Source: an uncultured Pseudomonadales bacterium
GTDB taxonomy: Bacteria; Patescibacteriota; Microgenomatia; UBA1400; PJMF01
Assembly: GCA_964406075.1 (NCBI GenBank)
Contig: CAYOQI010000002.1
Location: 18,700 to 82,699 of the forward strand
DNA length: 64,000 nucleotides
Reading direction: 5' to 3'
Below are positions 53,253 through 63,180 of the stretch, one piece after another; positions within the stretch are counted from its first letter, which is position 1, and every line of letters starts with the position of its first letter. The notes beneath the pieces were generated by a model. The model saw only the letters and a program-made list of their open reading frames with translations, did no database searches and had not been told where the DNA came from. The translations under genes and the position numbers were made by a program.

Positions 53253-53819
53253 ATGCTGCGTAATATCGCGTTAATACTGTTATTGGTCGTTACATTCATA
53301 GGAATGGCGATTACTCAGAACATACCCACCCCCCAGCCATCAAACACGGCTACCCTTGACTGGCTGTCGGATATTTCAGTCTCTGAATATATGGCTACTG
53401 ATGTTCCTGTTAACTTTTCTCCTTCATCAGTAATACTCATTGATATAATGAATATTCCTGACCCTGAAAAAGCAAGTATTTTATTGCTTGTTTGGGGATT
53501 AGAATTAGATCCCGGAGAAAATGGGATCATTGATGAAATTATTTATGGAGAGAAAATTGTGGGTACAGATGAACTCCCACTACAAATTTTTTCCAATCAC
53601 CAAATGACGAGGGTTATCATTGCCTGTCTTTATTTCCCTCGAGAATTGGCAAATAACCCAACGACTTTCGATCAATTCGTTATAGGAGGTGAATGGGGCA
53701 CACTAAATAAAGCCCATCCTCTTTTAACCAATGCTGTTCAAACTCTGGAAAGAGTTGATCATAATTTACCAACTTGGGATTTAACCCAACGACATAGCGA
53801 AGAACTCGCTGATTCGTAA
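53253..53819 (+). CDS. Hypothetical exported protein
   Basis: Signal/anchor sequence MLRNIALILLLVVTFIGMAI and an AAGGAAA RBS. Confidence 0.55.
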   Translation: MLRNIALILLLVVTFIGMAITQNIPTPQPSNTATLDWLSDISVSEYMATDVPVNFSPSSVILIDIMNIPDPEKASILLLVWGLELDPGENGIIDEIIYGEKIVGTDELPLQIFSNHQMTRVIIACLYFPRELANNPTTFDQFVIGGEWGTLNKAHPLLTNAVQTLERVDHNLPTWDLTQRHSEELADS

Positions 53820-53903
53820 GAAGCAATCTAAAATTTAAAATTGAGCCCAAGCAGGAGCGACTACACGTCGCCAAACTGCCAAGCTCAAAAATCGAAAAAG
53901 AGA

Positions 53904-53928
53904 AACCCGCTACACATGCGGGTTTTTT
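53904..53928. terminator. Bidirectional rho-independent terminator
   Basis: AACCCGC(53904-53910)/GCGGGTT(53918-53924) flanked by A-rich and T-rich runs, between convergent genes. Confidence 0.8.
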
Positions 53929-53947
53929 GTATCGACTTTAGTGCAAA

Positions 53948-54337
53948 TTAACTTTTCTTCTCTTCTTTTTTGTCTGAAGATTTAGGAGCTGGAACCTCAG
54001 CTGGCTTGACTTTTTTCTTATCTAATCTTTCCAAACCAATAAGTTTTACCCCAAAGTACACGACAGCCGCAATAATCATGAAATCGATCATGCTATTGAG
54101 GAAATTTCCCCACATGATCTTGGCTCCGCCCACTTGCAGATACATCTGCTTCAAATCACCGGCTTTGCCTAAAATAATTCCTAACACTGGGTTGATTAAA
54201 TCAGTGACTAACGACGTCACAACCTTACTAATTGATCCACCCATGATAAATCCAACCGCTAAACCAACCACACCTTGTTCGCGAATAAAGTTGATGAATT
54301 CTTTCATGATAGGTCCTCGTTGTTGTGGTGCTTCCAT
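53948..54337 (-). CDS. mscL: Large-conductance mechanosensitive channel
   Basis: KEFINFIREQGVVGLAVGFIMGGSISKVVTSLVTDLINPVLG. A GGAGGT RBS lies 4 nt before ATG 54337. Confidence 0.92.
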   Translation of the reverse strand: MEAPQQRGPIMKEFINFIREQGVVGLAVGFIMGGSISKVVTSLVTDLINPVLGIILGKAGDLKQMYLQVGGAKIMWGNFLNSMIDFMIIAAVVYFGVKLIGLERLDKKKVKPAEVPAPKSSDKKEEKKS

Positions 54338-54439
54338 ACTACCTCCGTTTTCTATAATCGAATAGTGAATTAAAGAGAGTGTATTTTACCAGATTGGAGA
54401 AGAAGAACGAATGATTTCCGTTGTTTTTGTGAACTTTTT

Positions 54440-56227
54440 CTATGTTTTCATTTTTTCTCGGATGGTTTGGAGTTCCAAGAGGAGTTTTTGTTCTTCATTT
54501 TCTTGGTCTGAACTTTTTGTTTCTGTATCTAATGTTTCAATTTTTTTCAGGAGTTCTTGTTCTTTTTCTTTAAAAAATAATTGTTTTAATTTTTGAATAT
54601 TTCCTTGTAATCCATGAGCATCAGATTCTTGTTTTTCAACAGAGTCTAAATAGACTTCGGCAAAAAGTGAGTGTAATTCTGGCGCCAACTGAGCGGAAAA
54701 CTTTTTCATATTAAATAAACGGGAGTTTTTTTTCAATTGATCGAATAACTGACGAAACCCCGGATGACTGATCCAATCCGATTCAATTTGATGCACATAA
54801 ATTTGAATATCTGTCGGCTCAACTTTCAATAATTCTCCCATCACACTTATTTCTAATTTTTCTCTGGGAGTCCAAGATTGTTGTTCTTTGGATTCAACAG
54901 TTGTATTGGTTTCTTTTTTAACATGATAATTTTGTAAATCTTTTCGTAACATGTCTCCCGAGACATTCAGTTTTTTTGCTAATTCTTCAATGTAATGTGA
55001 TTGTTCAATCAAATGTGGAATCCGCAGGAGCACTCCAACTAATTCAGCCACCACCGCTTGTTTCCCTTCTCCGGTCGTGATGTCGTTTTGAGTCACTGCT
55101 GCATCAATCAAAAACTGATAAGCAGAGATGGCTTTTTTGACATGCTCGCGCCATGCTTTGGGATTTTCACGCGCGATTTCATCAGGATCTTTTCCTGCCA
55201 AATCAACGGTAGAAAGGACTTTAATTCGAAGATCAAACCCCCGAGCCACATCAATCGCCCGTTTTGTGGCTGCAACTCCAGCCTTGTCGGCATCTAATGA
55301 TAAAACAATCGTATTCACCACTCGTTGCAAACGTTCTAAATGCTCTTTGGTCAAAGCACTGCCTTTGATCGCTACAATATTTCGAACATGTGCCTGAGCT
55401 GAAGATAAAACATCAAATTCTCCTTCGGCAATAATGGCCGACTGTGCTTCACGCAGAGCTCGATAGTGCTGAGAAAAACCAAATAACAACTCACTTTTGT
55501 GATACAAACTTGTTTCCGGAGAATTGATGTACTTGGCAGTCTTTTCTTCAGGATTTAAGACTCGTCCAGAAAACCCGACAACTCTGCCTCGATGATCGGT
55601 CAAGGGAAAGATGATCCGACTGCGAAACCGATCATAGTAATCTCGAGCGGTGGTGGAGTTATTGGGCGCACCATTCCGAAGGATGATTAAACCGGCATCA
55701 GACATGTCCGCCAGGGAATACTTTTTCTTTCCATGCACGTAGCGAATCAATCCATCCCAACTTTCAGGCGCAAAGCCAATTTGAAATTCTTTTATAATTT
55801 CATTATTTATTCCACGATCCTTGAGATACTTCTTTCCTATCTCTCCAACTTTGTGGTCAGTGAGTAAAAAATGAAAATACGATTTCGATAAATCTAAAAT
55901 TTCGAGCAATCGCTCACGTTGCGTATCTTCAGGAGTAAAGTGTTGGGCTTCGAGTTTAATACCAGCTTTATCGGCCAGCATTTTCAAACTTTCACCAAAT
56001 GTTAATCCTTCATATTTTTGTAAAAAGGTAAAGACATCTCCGCGTTCACCACAACCAAAACATCGAAAGACCTGTAAATCAGGAGTAACAAAAAAAGATG
56101 GAGATTTTTCACTGTGAAATGGACAAAGTGCTCGGAGATTTCTGCCGGCACGTTGCAACTGAATGCGTTCACCGATGACTTGTGCAATATCGGACGCGTC
56201 TTTCACTTCCCGTATTTGATTCGACAT
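54440..56227 (-). CDS. dnaG: DNA primase
   Basis: Zinc ribbon CPFHSEKSPSFFVTPDLQVFRCFGCG, plus a TOPRIM region (IIAEGEFDVL, LSLDADKAG). Confidence 0.93.
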   Translation of the reverse strand: MSNQIREVKDASDIAQVIGERIQLQRAGRNLRALCPFHSEKSPSFFVTPDLQVFRCFGCGERGDVFTFLQKYEGLTFGESLKMLADKAGIKLEAQHFTPEDTQRERLLEILDLSKSYFHFLLTDHKVGEIGKKYLKDRGINNEIIKEFQIGFAPESWDGLIRYVHGKKKYSLADMSDAGLIILRNGAPNNSTTARDYYDRFRSRIIFPLTDHRGRVVGFSGRVLNPEEKTAKYINSPETSLYHKSELLFGFSQHYRALREAQSAIIAEGEFDVLSSAQAHVRNIVAIKGSALTKEHLERLQRVVNTIVLSLDADKAGVAATKRAIDVARGFDLRIKVLSTVDLAGKDPDEIARENPKAWREHVKKAISAYQFLIDAAVTQNDITTGEGKQAVVAELVGVLLRIPHLIEQSHYIEELAKKLNVSGDMLRKDLQNYHVKKETNTTVESKEQQSWTPREKLEISVMGELLKVEPTDIQIYVHQIESDWISHPGFRQLFDQLKKNSRLFNMKKFSAQLAPELHSLFAEVYLDSVEKQESDAHGLQGNIQKLKQLFFKEKEQELLKKIETLDTETKSSDQENEEQKLLLELQTIREKMKT

Positions 56228-56281
56228 ACCCAGATTATATAGCAACAATTTCCAAAGTGGATTTTCTCAGCTGTGTGAAAA

Positions 56282-56821
56282 TTACAATGCTGGAGCAGGA
56301 TCGCTCACAGGGGCTTCTAGTTCTTCGCCTGAAGGCACATACCAGTCTCCTGGATCGATATTGTTGAGCGTCGCTCCACCTTGTACAGCTACTTCAATAC
56401 GTTTGTGTGAAGGACAACTTGCAAGCAATCCACAGGTGACGAACTCGGAATAGTAGGCTTTTACTTGAGGACTTGACTCTACATAGGCATAGACTTCATA
56501 TGATCCAGCGGGAACTTCAAGCTGATATGTCGTTGGCTGATCTGGGGTGATAATATGATCGTTTGTACAGAAATTTTGAGAAGTATCCTTTCTTTGGGCA
56601 CAGATCACCATGTCAATTGGAACACCTTCACTTGGATAACTCAGCTTCCCTTGAATTTTTCCAAAAGCAGATGGTTCGACTGTCGACATCACTTCATCAG
56701 GAGTTAGAACTTCAGTATTCGTAGATGGTTGAGCAGTATCGTCAGTTGTCTGTTGTCGACGACATCCAGCTAAAATAAGGGAGAAAACACAAAGGAAAAG
56801 GACGAGTGAAAGTTTTTTCAT
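56282..56821 (-). CDS. Lipoprotein, function unknown
   Basis: Lipobox LILAGC followed by a Cys-containing beta domain. Confidence 0.6.
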   Translation of the reverse strand: MKKLSLVLFLCVFSLILAGCRRQQTTDDTAQPSTNTEVLTPDEVMSTVEPSAFGKIQGKLSYPSEGVPIDMVICAQRKDTSQNFCTNDHIITPDQPTTYQLEVPAGSYEVYAYVESSPQVKAYYSEFVTCGLLASCPSHKRIEVAVQGGATLNNIDPGDWYVPSGEELEAPVSDPAPAL

Positions 56822-56905
56822 ATACTCATGCTACCACAACCATAAGGCATGACAACCTCTTTTACTTTTTCATAACATTGCTCTTACAACTTGAATGCGA
56901 AAAAT

Positions 56906-57427
56906 TTATTTAAATATGGGGATAGCTTGAATGATCAAGCGTTGTCGATCGAAGATACCACTGCATGTATATAGGGTTAGAATTTCGGTTTCGGTGGGTT
57001 GAACCCAGGTGGTTTGAGAAGCATCAACTTCCGTAATCAAATGAATTTGATACTTCCACTCATACCCGTTTTTTGTGACTAAAGTAATGACTTGGCCTTC
57101 TTTTGCATGTTTCAGTTCACCAAATAAATCCGGCCAGTTATGAGCATAAATAACAATATTTCCATTTCCTCCAGGATAGGCAGAGTTTTCTAAAAAGACT
57201 GCTTTGTTTTCACTCAGTGGCCATTTGCCACCTTCCAATCGGGCAGATTTAACATCTACAGCCATCAATTGACTTAAAGTCAGATGAACAGGGGTAATGT
57301 CTTCTTTACTCAAGGAAACTAAATCTTCTTGATCTGATGAAAATGAGTACACCGTCCGTTGGGAACGAAAATGTTCACTGACAATAACAATGAAAAAGAA
57401 AGCAATAAGAATAAGGATTGATCGCAT
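56906..57427 (-). CDS. Sortase family transpeptidase
   Basis: A TM anchor, NIVIYAHN (His) and LTLYTCSG (TLxTC Cys). Confidence 0.85.
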   Translation of the reverse strand: MRSILILIAFFFIVIVSEHFRSQRTVYSFSSDQEDLVSLSKEDITPVHLTLSQLMAVDVKSARLEGGKWPLSENKAVFLENSAYPGGNGNIVIYAHNWPDLFGELKHAKEGQVITLVTKNGYEWKYQIHLITEVDASQTTWVQPTETEILTLYTCSGIFDRQRLIIQAIPIFK

Positions 57428-57488
57428 ACATTCTCGAGATAGAATGTGGCCGATTATATCAGAAATATCTTCTTTTTATTACTATGGG

Positions 57489-58742
57489 TTATGCAATTGC
57501 TTCAATCTGTGAAAGTTCTTGTTGGGGGAGACGAATTTTTCGTTTGACGGTCAATAATAAAAACAGACTTAAGAAAGTGAGCACAATTCCCCAGACTCGA
57601 AAAACACTGTGTGTGCCGAAGACTTCTGCTAAAACTCCATTCAGCAAGGGACCTAAAACGTACCCGATACTTCCACAAATTGAGGTCAGACCAATCAGAT
57701 CATTCGTATAGTGAGTTGATCTGCCTAAATAATCTTGCATGGTTGCTGATATTGCGGTGTATAAAATTCCTAGTCCAATCGAAGCAAAAAAAGTCAGTCC
57801 TAAAATGGACCACATTTGAGTGGTCATACTCATCGAAATTAATCCTATTCCAGACAGAATTCCACATATAAAAGCTAGACGTTTTTTGCCAAAAGGTTTA
57901 GACAGTTTTCCCATGAACATACCGGTCAATAATCCTGGCAAACTATAAATACTGACAAATGCTCCACCAAATGGATGGAAGCTTTGTAACTCTTCTGCAA
58001 AGAGTGGTCCGATGGAATAAAACGCCGAGTCAATCAAGAAAAAGACAATCGTTAATAAGGACAGTGGCCAGAGTGCTTTTTCAAATATTGTCCAAATTTT
58101 GAGTTCTTTCAAAAACGAACGCGTGGGAATAACTGTGAAGTGTCTGTGAATTATTTTTTTTCTTTTTTCCGACCATCGCACACCTATATACCAGTATGTC
58201 CCGACCAGAAAGGCACAGATGGCTCCGATATAGGGAAATTTCTCATCTTGATCAAACAACATACTTGCCAATAACGGACCAATCACCAGTCCCAAATTCT
58301 GCACTACCGACAAGATTCCCCAGGCCCAAGCGTGTTCTTCATGATGAACTCTTTCTTGAATCAGGTGATACTTTGAAAACAGCATCGACTCAAAGTAAAT
58401 TCCCCATACGGCCATACCCAGTAAAAAACCAACTGTGGTCGGAAATAAGAGAAACGCAATCGGAAAGAAAAATACCGATCCGAACAGCAAAGCATTGAAA
58501 AAACGTGAATCTTTATTGGTAAATAACCGCGGAAAAGTAAAATCACAAATAATTCCAATGGCCGAAGAAAAAGCTAAGACTACTCCCATCAGAGCCGGAC
58601 TATTCATGTATTTTGCAATACTGACTGGTGCGATGTAACTCATCATGGAGTCACCGATATGAAAAAAAAAGAACGCGACAGCGAACAATAAAAACGCGGT
58701 ATGTGGTTGGGCAGAAGATTTCCAAACTTCAGTGCGAAGCAT
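57489..58742 (-). CDS. MFS transporter
   Basis: About 12 TM helices, 417 aa. Confidence 0.75.
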   Translation of the reverse strand: MLRTEVWKSSAQPHTAFLLFAVAFFFFHIGDSMMSYIAPVSIAKYMNSPALMGVVLAFSSAIGIICDFTFPRLFTNKDSRFFNALLFGSVFFFPIAFLLFPTTVGFLLGMAVWGIYFESMLFSKYHLIQERVHHEEHAWAWGILSVVQNLGLVIGPLLASMLFDQDEKFPYIGAICAFLVGTYWYIGVRWSEKRKKIIHRHFTVIPTRSFLKELKIWTIFEKALWPLSLLTIVFFLIDSAFYSIGPLFAEELQSFHPFGGAFVSIYSLPGLLTGMFMGKLSKPFGKKRLAFICGILSGIGLISMSMTTQMWSILGLTFFASIGLGILYTAISATMQDYLGRSTHYTNDLIGLTSICGSIGYVLGPLLNGVLAEVFGTHSVFRVWGIVLTFLSLFLLLTVKRKIRLPQQELSQIEAIA

Positions 58743-58800
58743 AGATGTACTAAGGATGCCTGAAAAAGGAAATGCCTGTCAATCAGAGCTTGTTTGAATG

Positions 58801-59166
58801 TCAGGCTTTGCTATGCACTCCGATCCAATTTCCTTCTGTATCAGTAAAGGCTCCCATATACCCAAACATCTCAGAAATTTGAGTACAAGGGACGACAATT
58901 TTTCCTCCAGCACTTTCAACTCTATCTAATACGTCCTGCATCTTTCCTTCGACTCTCAAATAAATTTTTGTTCCATCCACACTTGGAACATATCCTTTCC
59001 CATGTGCAATTGCTCCACCAATGCCATCAGTATCAACTGGAAACAATCCTAGCTTCGGACCGACCACCATTTCCTGCAAAGTGATTTGAAAAATATGCTC
59101 GTAAAATTTCTTGGCTCGATCAAAATCACTGACCGGAATTTCAAACCAATCAATTGCATGTTTCAT
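58801..59166 (-). CDS. VOC/glyoxalase-family protein
   Basis: IDWFEIPVSDFDRAKKFYEHIF...GGAIAHG, 121 aa. Confidence 0.75.
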   Translation of the reverse strand: MKHAIDWFEIPVSDFDRAKKFYEHIFQITLQEMVVGPKLGLFPVDTDGIGGAIAHGKGYVPSVDGTKIYLRVEGKMQDVLDRVESAGGKIVVPCTQISEMFGYMGAFTDTEGNWIGVHSKA

Positions 59167-59729
59167 ATGTGCTCCTTAAGAAAATATCTCCATAATTTAT
59201 CAGTTGCTTTGCGAATACCAACCCGCGGTGACGACTGGATTTGAGTATATCGTTTTCCTCGGTCTTCAATAAATAAGGATGATGAAGTGGTGAGATCAAT
59301 TCCTGAATCTGTTAACGTAATATTCATCGCTCGACAAATTTTTCCTGGACCATTTGTCACATTATTTATTTTCACGTTATTTAATCTCCTATTTTTCACC
59401 ATCTGGTTTACTCCATCTGTTGGAATAATTGATCGGATAAGTACAGCTCCGGGAACTTCCGCTCGCTCTGTCACCACATTGAAACAGTGATACATCCCAT
59501 AAATAAAGTATACATACGAAAAACCTGCTTCTCCAAACATGACTCCGTTCCGCTTTGTCATTCCTACGAAAGCATGACTGGCCGGATCATCAGTACCTGT
59601 ATAGGCTTCCACTTCTACAATTTCTCCACTCATCAATCCTGCTTCAGTTTTCCGAACCAAAAAATTGCCCAATAAATCTTGAGCAACTTCGACTGTTGGA
59701 CGAGCGTAGAATGAACGGGGAAGTGTCAT
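59163..59729 (-). CDS. mpg: DNA-3-methyladenine glycosylase (AAG/Mpg family)
   Basis: LPRSFYARPTVEVAQDLLGNFLV...GEIVEVEAYTGTDDPASHAF. Confidence 0.88.
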   Translation of the reverse strand: MTLPRSFYARPTVEVAQDLLGNFLVRKTEAGLMSGEIVEVEAYTGTDDPASHAFVGMTKRNGVMFGEAGFSYVYFIYGMYHCFNVVTERAEVPGAVLIRSIIPTDGVNQMVKNRRLNNVKINNVTNGPGKICRAMNITLTDSGIDLTTSSSLFIEDRGKRYTQIQSSPRVGIRKATDKLWRYFLKEHI

Positions 59730-59780
59730 ATAAATGAATTACAGGGTAGAATACTTGATTACGCTTGAATTTTAACACCT

Positions 59781-60251
59781 ATGACCACTGAACCTCCTCA
59801 ACGCATTCCTTTCACTGCTGAAGCCTATCAAAAACTCAAAGATGAATTGGCTCGACTCACTCCCCTTCGTGAAGAGGTCATCATTCGCTTGCAAGCTGCT
59901 CGCGAACAAGGTGATCTATCTGAAAATGGGGCATATAAATATGCCAAAATGGAGCTGGGAAATATCAGTAAAGAACAACGCCGACTTAAGTACTTAATCA
60001 CTTTTGGAAAAGTTCAGGCCATTCAAGCCAATACCGGTACTGCTACTTTTGGGAGCACCATTACTATCAAGAATGGTGAGAAGGAACTGACCTTCATGCT
60101 CGTCAGTGAACATGAATCTGATCCTACTCAAAACAAACTCAGTTTAAAGAGTCCAATAGGCAAAGCGGTACATGGAAAAAAAATTGGGGATATCGTCAAA
60201 GTCCAGCTACCGATCGGTGAAGTCACCTGGACGATTACGAATGTGAGCTAG
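59781..60251 (+). CDS. greA: Transcription elongation factor GreA
   Basis: A coiled-coil N-terminus with GDLSENGAYKYAK, and a C-terminal FKBP-like SPIGKAVHGKKIGD. Confidence 0.9.
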   Translation: MTTEPPQRIPFTAEAYQKLKDELARLTPLREEVIIRLQAAREQGDLSENGAYKYAKMELGNISKEQRRLKYLITFGKVQAIQANTGTATFGSTITIKNGEKELTFMLVSEHESDPTQNKLSLKSPIGKAVHGKKIGDIVKVQLPIGEVTWTITNVS

Positions 60252-60845
60252 TAAAACTGCATACACTCCACTGACCACCCCCACTGCGAGTAATCCTCCC
60301 CCTACGACATCACTCACCCAATGTTTCCCTAAAATCACCATACCTGTCATGGTTAGGAGTGCAAGTAATATGCTTGCTATAACTACTACTGTTTTTCTTT
60401 TTTGACGATTCACTTGAATCAACCATTGGGCACTCAATAACGAAGCGAGGAAAACTGTTCGATATGTATGTCCTGACGGATACGACGACTGAACTTGGAC
60501 ATGAAGTGAAGGAAAAGATAAACCAGCATTTCCACGGTGGAACATGTATGGTGGTGCGGGATGGGCCAGATATGTTTTCCCAACTAATATCATTCCTAAT
60601 CCCACACAATAGCTTGTGAAAATAAGAATTTTCACTCTTTTTTTCACTGGTAGCAACCAGACGGCGATCAAAAGAATAAATCCTTGAATCTCCATACTCC
60701 CTAAATCCACAATTGTGGCCAATGGATTATCCACAAAGTGAGGAGTCCTATCCTGAAGTCGAACCAAGACATTAAAATCCATACTCCGAATCACATCGGT
60801 ATAAACAAGCCACGTCAAACCAAGAAAAGATATGCACGACAACAA
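60207..60845 (-). CDS. PAP2-family phosphatase
   Basis: SYPSGHT and a later SDVVGG motif on a polytopic membrane protein. Its 3' end overlaps the greA 3' end by 45 nt. Confidence 0.75.
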   Translation of the reverse strand: MLSCISFLGLTWLVYTDVIRSMDFNVLVRLQDRTPHFVDNPLATIVDLGSMEIQGFILLIAVWLLPVKKRVKILIFTSYCVGLGMILVGKTYLAHPAPPYMFHRGNAGLSFPSLHVQVQSSYPSGHTYRTVFLASLLSAQWLIQVNRQKRKTVVVIASILLALLTMTGMVILGKHWVSDVVGGGLLAVGVVSGVYAVLLAHIRNRPGDFTDR

Positions 60846-61062
60846 TGTTAGGAAAATGAAAAATTTTGAAAGACTAGTAGATGAAAAATGAAAGTTGGGC
60901 AGAAGTTGTAGTATACAAGATTGTTCACAACAAAAAATCGGTTTTACTCATCTTCATCTTCCAAATAAGCAAGTAAATCTCCCCTTCAGTAATTTATTGC
61001 CTTAAACCAGTCGTCGCCAGTGAGTCTCATAGGAAATTGAGAGAAGGTATTTCTATTTTTTG

Positions 61063-62160
61063 CTAAGGAATCTCTACTGTTAATCGACCCTTGCCATTCG
61101 GATCATCATATTCCAATGTAACTTCATCAATCCATTCTGGGTTAAACAATTTTGCCACAGCTGTTGCAATCTGTTGTTCAGTTTTAGTTTTAAGGTCATA
61201 GACCGTTAGAGTAACTGTTTTCCCACTTTCGTAAAATTCATTTGCGCTATCAACATCGAACAGTGGCGGATGATTACTCGAGGCAACTTTTTCACTGACA
61301 ACGTTAAGATCAGCATCTGGTCCTACAGATGTTGGTAATTCATATTGTAATAATTCAGAATTTTCAATGTTAATTTTAACGAGTTTTCGGTAACTCGGTC
61401 CAAAACTGTCACTAAACCAAAAGTATGGCTCATGCCATTCCATTAACGCTGGCTGCTCAATTTGTAGTTCCTTGGGAAGAATGGTGTGTACAGTATTGCC
61501 TATACCAGTTATGAAAGTTAACTTTTCATCTGTAATACTATTGGTTTCAGTTCCAAGTATAGCTATATACTTGCCATCACCTGATACTCGAAAACTTAAA
61601 CCTCTACTAGAAAATAGTTTGATTCCTTGTTTTTCCGATCCATACTTCCATAGCTCCTCTGTCCAGTCATCATCACGATACCCATCATAACCAATTCTTT
61701 TAATGACATAGATATAGCCATTTACAAGCTTAATTTGGTAGTAACGCCCTTGTTCAACATTTTCCAATGTGAGAAATAAGGTTTCATGTTGTGACTGAAT
61801 ATCTTTCAAATAAATGTCTGCAGAAGATTCGTCTGTAGGATTTTCTTTGACCACTACTTCAAAATCCCCTACTATTTTGCTTTCTTCTGGAACTGAGGGT
61901 GAAACAGTCGCAACTTGTTGTGATTGCTCTACCAAGCTAGATTGGGAATTTTTTTTATTTTTAAAGTTAACTGCAACACCAATTACTACACCCACAATAA
62001 CTACTGCCAATACAACTGTTCCAATAGTGAAGACTGAACTGCCGCTTCGCTGAGGGATACTAATTTCATTGGTGGAGATTTGAGGTGTGGGTTGAGGAGT
62101 AAGAGGTGAAGTTTCCTCTGTATTTTTAGTCGGATCTACATCAAGATTTTTTTTATTCAT
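61063..62160 (-). CDS. Membrane-anchored extracytoplasmic protein, function unknown
   Basis: A Pro/Thr-rich N-terminus, a TM helix (VFTIGTVVLAVVIVGVVIGVAV), and a beta-rich domain that may be propeller-like. Confidence 0.55.
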   Translation of the reverse strand: MNKKNLDVDPTKNTEETSPLTPQPTPQISTNEISIPQRSGSSVFTIGTVVLAVVIVGVVIGVAVNFKNKKNSQSSLVEQSQQVATVSPSVPEESKIVGDFEVVVKENPTDESSADIYLKDIQSQHETLFLTLENVEQGRYYQIKLVNGYIYVIKRIGYDGYRDDDWTEELWKYGSEKQGIKLFSSRGLSFRVSGDGKYIAILGTETNSITDEKLTFITGIGNTVHTILPKELQIEQPALMEWHEPYFWFSDSFGPSYRKLVKINIENSELLQYELPTSVGPDADLNVVSEKVASSNHPPLFDVDSANEFYESGKTVTLTVYDLKTKTEQQIATAVAKLFNPEWIDEVTLEYDDPNGKGRLTVEIP

Positions 62161-62283
62161 ATCTAAATTATGTAATGAAAAAAGATCAGACGCTAGAGGG
62201 ATGAGAACTAGTAGTCACTAACTGTCCATGGAATTGTTTTAAGTGATTCATCCAGAAACGCATACAGTGTCAACAGCACATTG
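62161..62283 (-). repeat. Duplicated promoter-plus-leader, copy 1
   Basis: About 85% identical to 62899-63022. On the minus strand it reads TTGACA (62273-62268), a 16-nt spacer, ATGAAT (62251-62246), then a leader of about 80 nt ending ...CATTACATAATTTAGATATGAA. Confidence 0.7.
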
Positions 62284-62286
62284 AAT

Positions 62287-62898
62287 TCACTGCAATTTTT
62301 TGTACACAAAACTTGCCAATCCACCACCGACAACTGGTGCGATCAGATACAACAGGATCATAGGGAGATGTGCTCCCCAGTTTTGAAAGTCGAAAAGTAA
62401 CGGACCGACACCGACAGCTGGATTGAATGCTCCGCCCGAAATTGGACCGCCAGCAAAAGCTCCAACCATCAAGGCCAATCCAATCGCTAAACCGAAATAC
62501 TGATTATTCTTGGTTTTATCTGTGGCCGCTGTGTGCAATACCACCGATGCCAGTAAAAAAGTAAATACAATTTCTACTACACCCGCCGTAGCGAATGTTG
62601 CACTTCGAGCTATGGTAGGAGTAAATCTCTCTCCTGTCATAAACAAATACGTGGCAGATGCCACGATACCAGCGATAAGTTGAGTGAGAATATAGGCTTT
62701 CGCATCTTCATTGGAAATTTTTTTATTGATCAACAACGCAATCGTCACCGCAGGATTGTAGTGCGCTCCTGAAATATACCCTCCCATGTAGACTAGGGCA
62801 ATTAATACTCCTCCAATTGCTAGCGGATCTCCTGTTAATGCAACCGTCAGGACTAAGAAGAAAGTGCCGATAAATTCGACTAGAAGTTTTTTGTTCAT
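62287..62898 (-). CDS. MIP-family channel (aquaporin/glycerol facilitator)
   Basis: Two NPA boxes (HYNPAVT, FNPAVG) and 6 TM helices. Confidence 0.88.
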   Translation of the reverse strand: MNKKLLVEFIGTFFLVLTVALTGDPLAIGGVLIALVYMGGYISGAHYNPAVTIALLINKKISNEDAKAYILTQLIAGIVASATYLFMTGERFTPTIARSATFATAGVVEIVFTFLLASVVLHTAATDKTKNNQYFGLAIGLALMVGAFAGGPISGGAFNPAVGVGPLLFDFQNWGAHLPMILLYLIAPVVGGGLASFVYKKLQ

Positions 62899-63022
62899 AT
62901 CTAAATTATGTAATGAAAAACGATCAGGCGCTAGAGGAACAAGAAATAGTACCCACTATACGTGGATTGAATTGTTTTGATTGATTCATTCAGAATCGTA
63001 TACAGTGTCAACAGCACGATGA
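62899..63022 (-). repeat. Duplicated promoter-plus-leader, copy 2
   Basis: The same TTGACA-16-ATGAAT promoter (63011-63006 and 62989-62984) and the same leader as copy 1. Confidence 0.7.
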
Positions 63023-63180
63023 TCCACAGTCCCATAAATTACTTAGCGATAGTAAAGACTGCTGTAGATAAACAGCTATTCAGTAATTAAAATATATTTT
63101 CTATTCCGATTAGCACCAGCTTTTACAACAATTTTTAATTTAGCCAACTATCTTATAGGGGTATGACCATGAGGGTTTTC

